Program-made: the position numbers and the translations under genes
Notes under the pieces: generated by a model
The model's database searches: none
What the model saw: the letters and a program-made list of their open reading frames with translations, nothing else
What the model was told of the DNA's origin: nothing
Part shown: positions 45,689 through 53,750 of the stretch, in pieces
Position numbering within the stretch: the stretch's first letter is position 1
How the letters are laid out: the number at the start of each line of letters is the position of its first letter
From: an uncultured Actinomycetota bacterium
GTDB taxonomy: Bacteria > Actinomycetota > Actinomycetes > S36-B12 > GCA-2699445
NCBI GenBank assembly: GCA_963766005.1
Contig: CAVXYG010000012.1
Span: 270,265 to 334,264, forward strand
Direction of reading: 5' to 3'
Length of the DNA stretch: 64,000 nucleotides

Positions 45689-46792
45689 ATGCTTCATGGA
45701 GGTCTCGGCCTGAGTCTGATGCGGGGGTATGGCGTGGCAGCCGTATCGAGTACGGCGCGCAGCCGGATGGTCTGGATGGACTTCCTGCGCGGCGTGGCGA
45801 TCTTTCTTGTGGTGTGCTGGCATTCGGCAGCGATCCTCGTGCTCGAGGGTCAGACCGTGCCCGACTGGCTCATGATCGCCAACGACATGTTCGCCCCGTT
45901 CCGCATCCCGATGCTCATGTTCCTGTCGGGCATGCTGCTCGACCGGGCCCTGCAAAAACCGCTGTGGACCTACTACGAGGGCAAGCTGCGCAATATCGCC
46001 TGGCCGTGGGTCGTGTGGACGCTGGTGCACTTCGCCGTGATGGGCACCTACGCCTCGATCACCCAGCACGGGCTGTGGTTGTTCTCCTACCTCTGGTTCT
46101 TGGTCTACCTGCTGGTGTTCTACGCCGTGGCCCCGCCCCTGCGCCGGATCCCGACGTGGCTCCTGGTGGTGGCGCCTTACGTGGTGGGACTCACCACCCA
46201 GGAGGAGCACGTTCGGCGCTTCTTCTTCCTGGCCGTGTTCTTCTTCCTGGGGAAGTGGGCCAGCGAGCACGCCGGTCTCATGCGGCGGGTCGCTGAGTCG
46301 CGGTGGACGCTGCTGCTCACCCCGGTCGTCGTCGGCTACGCCGTGGTCTTCGCGACGGTGGGTCCGTGGCGCTACCAGCTGCCTCACATCCCCATGTCCT
46401 TCCTGGGCATCGTGCTGGCGGTGGCGCTGGTGTGGCACATGCGGCCGGGCCGGCTCATGGGCGTGTGGAGCTTCGTGGGGCGGAACTCGATCGTGTACTA
46501 CGCATCCCACTTCCCGGTCATCGTGCTCGCCGTCCGGGTGGGCATCGAGCTGGGCTGGTCCGCCACGCTCAGCGTCGCGGTCGGACTCGTCCTCGCGCTG
46601 GCTGTCGGCACGGGCTTCGCGATCAGCCGCGACACCCCGCTGGGCTGGCTGTTCGCCTTCCCCAAGATCCGTCGACCGGCGGCAGTCCAACGCCCCGCGG
46701 CCCGCGAGGTCGCGCCGTCGGCAGCGACCTCCGGTGAGGGGTCCGCGCCTGCGGACCTCCAAACGCAGCCCGCTGCTGCTGCCGTGCGATAG
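45689..46792 (+). CDS. membrane acyltransferase family 3 (O-acyl/acetyltransferase)
   Basis: ORF 45647..46792. Start uncertain (45689, 45719 or 45767). WMDFLRGVAIFLVV..H motif and about 10 TM segments. Confidence 0.8.
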   Translation: MLHGGLGLSLMRGYGVAAVSSTARSRMVWMDFLRGVAIFLVVCWHSAAILVLEGQTVPDWLMIANDMFAPFRIPMLMFLSGMLLDRALQKPLWTYYEGKLRNIAWPWVVWTLVHFAVMGTYASITQHGLWLFSYLWFLVYLLVFYAVAPPLRRIPTWLLVVAPYVVGLTTQEEHVRRFFFLAVFFFLGKWASEHAGLMRRVAESRWTLLLTPVVVGYAVVFATVGPWRYQLPHIPMSFLGIVLAVALVWHMRPGRLMGVWSFVGRNSIVYYASHFPVIVLAVRVGIELGWSATLSVAVGLVLALAVGTGFAISRDTPLGWLFAFPKIRRPAAVQRPAAREVAPSAATSGEGSAPADLQTQPAAAAVR

Positions 46793-46953
46793 ACGCCAGG
46801 CGAGAACCGGGCTGGGCAGCGCAGCCGGCACCGAAGAGGCAGATCCGGGTCCCCGTCTTCGCGAGCACCGGCCGAGCGGCGACGACCGACCTGTGTGCCC
46901 CGGGTCCTGGGTCTGTGACGGGCCCCGCGTGAAGTGCGCGTCGATCGGCCCCC

Positions 46954-48021
46954 TCAGGGCCAGCTGCCAGCAGGAACCTGGTCGATCGCCTCGCGCATGC
47001 GCTCCACGATGCCGAGCCAGGGATCCGATGGCGGAGGGCTCGGCGCGCCACGACCGGCGGCGAGGACGTCGCGGATCGCCTGAGCGGCGCCGGTCACGTC
47101 GTCGGGATCCACGAAGACGGCACCGTCGCGGCACACCTCGCGCATCACCGGCAGATCCGACACGATCACGGGGCAGCCGAAGGTTTGCGCCTCCAGCGGC
47201 GGCAGCCCGAACCCCTCCCCCCGGGTCAGGAAGAGCAAGCAGTCGGCGTGGCCGTACAGCCAGGCCACCTCGGCATCGGAGAGCGCGCCCAGGAACCGGA
47301 TGGCTCCCCGCTCGATCGCAGCGCTGACCTGTGGTCCGAACGATTCGGCGGGGCCGTCCGGGGCGCCGACGACCAGCATCGGCCGGGTCGGGCTGATGGC
47401 TCCGGAAGCGACGGCTGCGGCCAGTGCGGTGCGGAGGTTCTTGCGGACGTTCAGCCGGCCAACCGACAGCAGGAACGCATCGATCCCCGGCCCGAGGTCG
47501 GGGCGGACGGGATCGCTCTGGAGCAGAGGCGACTTCACCGCCAGGCCGATGGGCACCACCCGGGTCAGTCGCGGATTGTATGCGGCGATCCGATCCGCTT
47601 CGGATTGGGAGGACGTGAACACCACCGATGCCCTACGGGCCATGGCCGGGATCGGCTTCAGGTAGGCGCGCTCCAGGCTGGAGAACCACTCGGGGTTCGA
47701 TTGGAAGAGGACATCGTGGATGAAGACGGCACACCGACCCCAGGCGGGGGTGAAATTCTGCGCGATCGTGACGTCCACGCGGTGCCGGGCGGCGACCCGC
47801 GGCAACCAGGCCATCGCCGAGATCCCGTGCGGGGAGAGCCTGGTGCGCACTGAGGCGACGCCGGCCGGCAATGGCGGATCAGGCGGAGCTGCTCCCGGGA
47901 TCGCGACGAGCACCTCGTCCTGATCGAATCTCTGACGCCAGGCGCGCACGAGCTCCTGGACGACCGCTCGATTCGAGGGCGGGCCCTCGTTCCACCAGTA
48001 CGCGTCGAACAGGATTCGGAT
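46954..48021 (-). CDS. glycosyltransferase family 4; apparently no canonical start codon (ATC behind GAGGAGA)
   Basis: ORF 46954..48309. High GC3 and family-typical (M)RILFDAYWW only begin at 48021. The upstream in-frame part is A/T3-rich. C-terminal EGFGLPPLEA motif. Confidence 0.75.
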   Translation of the reverse strand: MRILFDAYWWNEGPPSNRAVVQELVRAWRQRFDQDEVLVAIPGAAPPDPPLPAGVASVRTRLSPHGISAMAWLPRVAARHRVDVTIAQNFTPAWGRCAVFIHDVLFQSNPEWFSSLERAYLKPIPAMARRASVVFTSSQSEADRIAAYNPRLTRVVPIGLAVKSPLLQSDPVRPDLGPGIDAFLLSVGRLNVRKNLRTALAAAVASGAISPTRPMLVVGAPDGPAESFGPQVSAAIERGAIRFLGALSDAEVAWLYGHADCLLFLTRGEGFGLPPLEAQTFGCPVIVSDLPVMREVCRDGAVFVDPDDVTGAAQAIRDVLAAGRGAPSPPPSDPWLGIVERMREAIDQVPAGSWP

Positions 48022-48239
48022 GATCGTCTCCTCTGTTCTGCGATTCCCTGAGTGTAGTGAAGCGGCCTGCCCGTCTCGCGCAGCGGACTGGGCTGATCGC
48101 ACCGACCCTGAGGATGGTCGGGTGGGCATCGGCACTTTGGCTGGGGGACGATGTTCCGCTACTCTCTGTAACGGGGCTCGGTGTTGCTGCGCTGGCAGTC
48201 TGGCGCCATGCGAAACTGGCTCAACGAGGGGGTACTGCA

Positions 48240-49758
48240 ATGGGTTTCCGGGACTACTTCGCCGTCCTGCGCCGCTATTGGCTCGTGATTGTGCTCGTGA
48301 CCGGGTCAATCGTCGGCGTCACGGCATACGTCTCTGCGAACGCCGAGCCGCTGTACCGTTCCTCCGCGGCAATCTACCTGATACCCAACGGGGAGACTCC
48401 CAACGAGTTGAGCCAGGGGTCGCAGTTCGTCGAGGACCAGTTGGACTCCTACGCCCAGTTGGCGGCGACCTCGACCGTGCTCGATCCGGTCATCGAGGAA
48501 CTCGGGCTGAACACCACGGCGCGAGCCCTCGCCGGCAGCGTCGACGCGTCGGTGAAGAGCGGCAGCGTCATCGTCACGCTCACGGCGGTGTCCGCCGATC
48601 CCGCGCTCGCGGCACAAGTCGCCGACGCAACAGCTGCGAGTTTGTCGGTCCAGATCACCGAGCTTGCCCCGGTCCGCCCGGACGGCACCTCATCGGTGAC
48701 GGTTTCGCCGGTCGAGCAGGCCACCGTGCCGACGAGTCCGTTCGCCCCGAACACGTCGCGCAACGTCACAGCTGCTTTGGTCTCTGGACTGATCATCGGC
48801 TATCTTCTCGCGCTGGCATGGAGCCTGCTGGACACGCGGCTGCGCACCAGTGGTCAGGTGCGCGACGTGGTGGGCGCGTCGGTGCTCTCCGAGGTCCCGT
48901 TGACGCGAAGCACGAAGATCGGTGCCAATCAGGCGAACTGGGCCTATGTGGAGTCCTTCCGGAGGCTGCAGGCCAACCTCGACTTCGTGGACGTCGGGGA
49001 GCGGCCGCTGCAACTGGTCGTCACATCCTCGGTTGCGGGTGAGGGCAAGTCGACAACGTCGCTGAACCTGGCCCTGGTCTGCGCGGAGGCTGGCCAGAAG
49101 GTGCTGTTGGTTGACGGAGATCTGCGGCGACCCAACGTGCACAAGACTGCTTGGTCTGGAGCCGAGCGTGGGCCTGTCCACGGTCCTGGCGGGCAAGTCG
49201 TCGCTGGACGATGCAGTCATCTCTGTGGGCCGGGGTACCACGATCGACGTGCTGTGCAGCGGCCTGCTGCCACCGAACCCGACGGAACTGCTGGCGTCCA
49301 GCGCGATGGACGACATGCTCGCCGAGGCAAAGCGGAAGTTCGATATCGTGGTGATCGACATGCCTCCGGTTGTTCCGGTGGTGGAAGGCCTGGTGGTGGC
49401 GCGCAAGGTGAACGGGGCACTGCTGGTCTCTCGGCTGGGCAAGGGGCGCCGAGACCAGTTGAAGGCCGCTGCGGACCGGTTCCACGATGCCAACGCCGCA
49501 ATCCTCGGCATTGTGGTGAATGGCACCGACCATGCCGCGCGCTCGTCCTACTACTACGGCAGCGATGTTGGGAGCAACGGCAAGCCCAAGGGCAAGCCCA
49601 AGCGTGGCCGCTCCCAGCGCGGCAAGGCAAAGAAGTCGGCGGCGCAGACCAGTTCTGCTGTGCAGGGCAATTCGGCGAAGACTGCGCCGCAGGGGGCAGG
49701 CCTCGCTCGTCACACCTCGGCGAGGCCGCCCACATCGCCTCAGAGCAAGTTGTCCTAG
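48240..49758 (+). CDS. polysaccharide co-polymerase (Wzz) fused to BY-type tyrosine autokinase, frame broken by one extra base near 49146
   Basis: Start at MGFRDYFAVLRRYW (GAGGGGG Shine-Dalgarno) in ORF 48057..50018, running up to DGDLRRPNVHK. It continues as LLGLEPSVGLSTVL...VVIDMPP...SSYYYGS in ORF 49111..49758. Walker A is GEGKST. Span is 1519 nt = 3n+1. Confidence 0.85.
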
Positions 49759-50007
49759 CTGGCCCCGTCCCTGACCGGGGGCGATCGGATCCGCTCACTG
49801 CTGTCGTGGTCTCAGCAAGGGTCAGGAGTCTCGGCGAGCGACGCGCTGCGTCGCTCAGTTCGGGCCCGGGCCGAATCCGGAGTCCGGTTCCGGGGCGTTG
49901 GGTCCCGGCAGATCCGCTGCGGATCTTGCTGGAGCAGTGGGGGTCACCAACGCACTGGGAGGGTCGAGCCCCCGGGAAACGGTATGGCGCTGGTGATCCG
50001 GGCGGGT

Positions 50008-50700
50008 TCAGGCGGTGAGCTCTGGCATGGTGTCAGCACCGATCTTGCTGTGTTGGTGGTGGTGACCTTGACGCGGCAGCGGGCGAGGACTTCGAGTCCG
50101 ACGTGGCGACAGCCTTCGGCCATTGGTCGGCCTGCCGGGCGAGGACCACGCGACGAGGCGCACGATGACCTCGCGGTTCGGGAGGATGCCGACCGCGCCG
50201 GCCCGGCGCCGCTCGTCGGAGTGCACCACCGCGATCACCGCGGGCCTCATCGACCTCGGTGCCGGCGATGTCAGGTTCGCAGCGGAGCGCGTCCTGCAGC
50301 GCTGCGCTGGCCAGGGTCAGCCGCCACGGCTTCGACCGGCTCCGGCGGGAGCGTCGCTGGTGACGAGCAGGACTCCGCCCAGCCCACGAACTGCGAGGCC
50401 GATGAAGAAGTCGGTCCCGGTAGCACCGGTCCCTGACGTGGCGCCGCGCCGGCCGGGACCTCGCGGCGACCTTCGCCGTTGACGCCGGTTGCCACGAGCA
50501 CCACCGCGTTGATCATGCGGCCGCTGTCCAGACCGTCCACGTCAGCGTCCCAGCGGCGACCAACGTGGACGGCCCTGCCGCGTCGAGGGTGCGGTGCCGG
50601 GACTGCTCGACGTGCTCGTGGGCGGCCCAGCTGTCCCCAGTGCCCCCGTGGTGGCCGTTCGGCGCCGGTGCCATGATCATCCGCCTGACCCTTGCTCGAC
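50008..50700 (-). mobile_element. degraded IS256-family (mutator-type) transposase remnant
   Basis: Fragments lie in different minus frames: AAHEHVEQSRHRTLDAAGPSTLVAA (about 50540-50632), GRMINAVVLVATGVNGEGRREV (50457-50522), ERRRAGAVGILPNREVIVRLV and the terminal ...MPELTA* (stop at 50008). The catalytic core is far too short. No intact ORF and no recognisable inverted repeats. Confidence 0.65.
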
Positions 50701-50743
50701 CTCACGTGGGGGCGCAGCGCGGCACCAGCGGTCCCCTGTCGCA

Positions 50744-51737
50744 TCAGGCCGATGCTGTTCCCGTCGCTCTGGTCTCCGGCGCTTCGCGGCCCGCCCGTGC
50801 CCCGTCACGGATACCGCGCAGGGAGGCTTGCCAGGCATCGCCAGATCGCAGGAGTGCATCCCGCCGCCCCCGTGCCCGTCGGATGATGAACCAGGCCGCG
50901 GCACCGCTCGTTTCGGCGCCAATCGCGCTGCACCTGCCGCGTGAGGTTCCGTTCAGCGAAGAGCAGCCGATTGCGCGCCCAGTAGTAGAAGAACGTCGGC
51001 GTCTTGGGATCTGGTCTGCCGGTCGACGCATCGGCAGCCCGTTGGGTCCCGCCTTGATCGTGGACGCACCGTGCCCCCTCGACGATGACGAGCCGGCCGC
51101 CCTCCTGCCATGCGCGGAAGGAGAACTCGACGTCCTCCCAATACAGGAAGTAGTCCTCGCACATGCCGCCGATGCGCAGCCAGAACTCGGCGCTCACCAT
51201 GAGGCAAGCCGCCGACAGCCAGGGGAGAAGGCCCGCACTCGGCCGGAGTTCGCCGGAGAGCTGCGGCTCGGTCATCAGTCCGTCGCTGAGTCGCAGATGC
51301 CGAGCGGGGGCTTTGCGGGTGCCGGTGATGTCGAAGAGTGAGGGGGACGCAAGAGCGCTTGCATCCTGGGAAACTGCCGCGGCCAGCGCTTCGGCGTCCT
51401 TGGAAGTAATCCTGGCGTCGGGGTTCAGCAGGAGCAGATGTGTGGCGCCGAGAGCCAGCGCTGCAGCAGCTGCGCGGTTCGTTCCGGCCGCGAAGCCGTC
51501 GTTCGCGGCCGACTCGATGAGTACCCATCCGTGCTCCTCGACAAGGCTCCGCAAGTGTGCGCGCTCGCCGTCGGAGGTGAAGTTGTCGCATACGACAACT
51601 TCCATGTCCGGCGCCGAGGCCGACAGCGGCGCCAGGTTCTCCGCTAGCAGGCGGTGGGAACCGTAGTTGACGGTGAGCACCGCCACGCTGGCGAGGGGCG
51701 CATCCCTGCCGCCGGCCGCTTCGGCGCTGCTCTTCAC
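50744..51737 (-). CDS. glycosyltransferase family 2 (rhamnosyltransferase-like), frame broken near 50911-50913
   Basis: ORF 50805..51737 (VAVLTVNYG, DNFTSDG, YWEDVEFS, YYWARNRLLF). The family-typical C-terminus (TSGAAAWFIIRRARGRRDALLRSG...) continues in ORF 50744..51031. Observed cgAAAcgag versus expected cga acg agc. GTGA overlap with the sulfotransferase stop. Confidence 0.8.
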
Positions 51738-52378
51738 GACCCGGGGAGGCGCAGCCGTTGCTGGGCCGCCTTCGCCTTGCGCTTGATCCGCTGCGCCACG
51801 TTCGGGGCCTTGTTCTTGTGCGGGAACGGCTCATCCGGCTTCGGCACACCGAGGAACGGGCAGAGGACGTCCCAGCCGTCCCCGGCGGATATGTCCATCT
51901 CCAGCAGGTCGTCGGGTCGGTCGGCGAAGTACTCGCGAACAGCCTGCTGGTGCTCGTAGTACTCCTTGGTCCAGGCATCGTGGTCGACGGTGAGCCAGTC
52001 GCCGGTGTACCCCGGCTTCTCCTGGTTGGCGCGCACGTGCGACTCGCGGCTGCGCAGGAAGCCGTCCAGGCTGCGAGTGGTCATGATGAACTTGCTGCCC
52101 GGGTACTGCCGATCCAGCTCGCGGAACAGGTGGTTGGTCTCCGGCTTGTTCCAGTCGCTGATTGCCCGGTATTGCTCCAAGCCGTCGAGCAGGGGTCGAC
52201 CGGACTCGCTGTTGGCCGCGATGATGTCCTTCACGTTGCCCTCGCGGCACAGGTAGTGGGCGCTGGGGATGTCGAGGACGCCGAAGGCGAGGTGCAGGGA
52301 CCCGGTGCCGGTCTTGTTGACACCGATGCACAGGATTCGGGGCGCCTCGCTCGGCGCGGGGTGAGGGCTCGCAGTCAT
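51734..52378 (-). CDS. sulfotransferase family protein (Sulfotransfer_4-like)
   Basis: ORF 214 aa. PAPS-loop-like GVNKTGTGSL, then KFIMTTRS, GWDVLCPFLGVPKPDEPFPHKN. Confidence 0.75.
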   Translation of the reverse strand: MTASPHPAPSEAPRILCIGVNKTGTGSLHLAFGVLDIPSAHYLCREGNVKDIIAANSESGRPLLDGLEQYRAISDWNKPETNHLFRELDRQYPGSKFIMTTRSLDGFLRSRESHVRANQEKPGYTGDWLTVDHDAWTKEYYEHQQAVREYFADRPDDLLEMDISAGDGWDVLCPFLGVPKPDEPFPHKNKAPNVAQRIKRKAKAAQQRLRLPGS

Positions 52379-52457
52379 GCAGCAATTGTCGCATGGGGAA
52401 GCGCTGTCGCAGAATGCGCTTCGGGTGCCGCCTGCGGTCCCTGCGGCACCCGACGGT

Positions 52458-53750
52458 CATTCGTACCAGCCCATGAGGTCGACCACGACGTGGGTGTCTG
52501 CAGAGCCCGAGACACACACCTCGCCGCCGGTGCCGATGCCGGTCAGGACCGCGTTGGGGATCGTCTGCCCGGCGGTGAAGTTCAGGTTCGAGGTGGCCGG
52601 GGTGTTGCCACCGCAGGGGTAGACCCGCAGCCATCCGGTCCTGCGCGGGACCGGTCACGGTGACGTTCAACGACGCAGCCGAGGCGTCGGCGGGCACACC
52701 GGCGGCGCCGGCCACCTTGACCCGCTGGACCTGTCCTGCGGGCAGGATGCCGCCCGCGACGCGGGTGTCGGCCAGGCGGGCCGGGGTGATGGGCGTGAAG
52801 CTGGAGCTCTTCGGGAACCAGCCCATGAGGTCGACCACGACGTGGGTGTCGGTGGAGCCGGCGATGCAGACCTCGCCGCCGGTGCCGATGCCGGTCAGGA
52901 CCGCGTTGGGGATCGTCAGTCCGGCGGTGAAGTTCAGGTTCGAGGTGGCCGGCGTCGTGCCGCCGCAGGGGTAGACCCGCAGCCATCCGGCGCTGCGCGG
53001 GACCGGTCACGGTGACGTTCAACGACGCCGCCGAGGCGTCGGCGGGCACACCGGCGGCGCCGGCCACCTTGACCCGCTGGACCTGTCCTGCGGGCAGGAT
53101 GCCGCCCGCGACGCGGGTGTCGGCCATGCGGGCCGGGGTGATGGGCGTGAAGCTGGAGCTCTTCGGGAACCAGCCCATGAGGTCGACCACGACGTGGGTG
53201 TCGGTGGAGCCGGCGATGCAGACCTCGCCGCCGGTGCCGATGCCGGTCAGGACCGCGTTGGGGATCGTGAGTCCGGCGGTGAAGTTCAGGTTCGAGGTGG
53301 CCGGCGTCGTGCCGCCGCAGGGGTAGACCCGCAGCCATCCGGCGCTGCGCGGACCGGTCACGGTCACGTTCAACGACGCAGCCGTTGCGTCGGGCGCAAC
53401 CCCGTTGCTGCCCGCGACCTTGACGCGGAGCACCTGTCCTGCTGGCAGGACACCGACCCGTGGAGCGGGTGTCGGCCAGGCGCGCTGGCTCGACCGGCGC
53501 GAAGTCGCCGGAACGCCCCGCCGAAGTCCGTGAGACCGTGGCTGCCGTCGGGGTCACGGTGAGCCCAGGAGCTCGTCGAACGCTGCGGCGGACCCGGACC
53601 GCTGGCCGTGCCGAAGTCTGCGGTGCGAGGTCTGTCGGCACGGATGCAGACCGTCGACGGCTGCTAGGCCGACGCCCGGATCCACGTTCGGCGGCGACCG
53701 TGACGCTGTGACGGTGGCGCCGTCGCGAACGGTCGTGGCTGGACAGCTGG
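52458..53750 (-). pseudogene. disrupted coding region: PKD-like remnants followed by three tandem copies of a ~117-aa domain (..TPARLADTR..LNVTVTGP..GWLRVYPCGG..SNLNF..VVVDLMGW), probably the C-terminal continuation of 53751..56303
   Basis: Domain copies are spread over three minus frames (ORFs 52934..53911, 52582..53433, 51831..52838). Frame changes occur near 53452, 52999-53001 and 52647-52649. With those corrected, the frame ends ...DLMGWYE-TGA at 52458. No start codon or signal peptide is visible in 53460-53750. Confidence 0.6.
52461..53460. repeat. tandem direct repeat, period 352 bp, about 2.8 copies
   Basis: 52619-52970 and 52971-53322 differ at about five positions by eye. The plus-strand shadow ORFs 52660..52974 and 53012..53326 are identical except for one residue. 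More diverged partial copies flank both sides. Confidence 0.9.

Noticed and set aside
49846-49866. A 9-bp stem with a 3-nt loop (GAGCGACGC-GCT-GCGTCGCTC) about 88 nt after the BY-kinase stop, considered as a terminator.
   Set aside because: It is plausible, but it has no U-tract, and similar GC-rich hairpins are frequent by chance at this composition. It is not reported as a feature.
51734-52378. A functional link between the EPS sulfotransferase and the sulfate-assimilation operon at 1-4133.
   Set aside because: The two are about 47 kb apart with unrelated genes between them. No PAPS-synthesis gene (cysC/cysNC) is present in the window. Co-location in the same window is most likely coincidental.
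52461-53460. The 352-bp repeats as a diversity-generating retroelement template/variable repeat pair.
   Set aside because: The roughly five mismatches between copies are not adenine-specific (tc/cg, a/c, g/t, c/g). The copies are in tandem within one coding region, and no reverse transcriptase is nearby.
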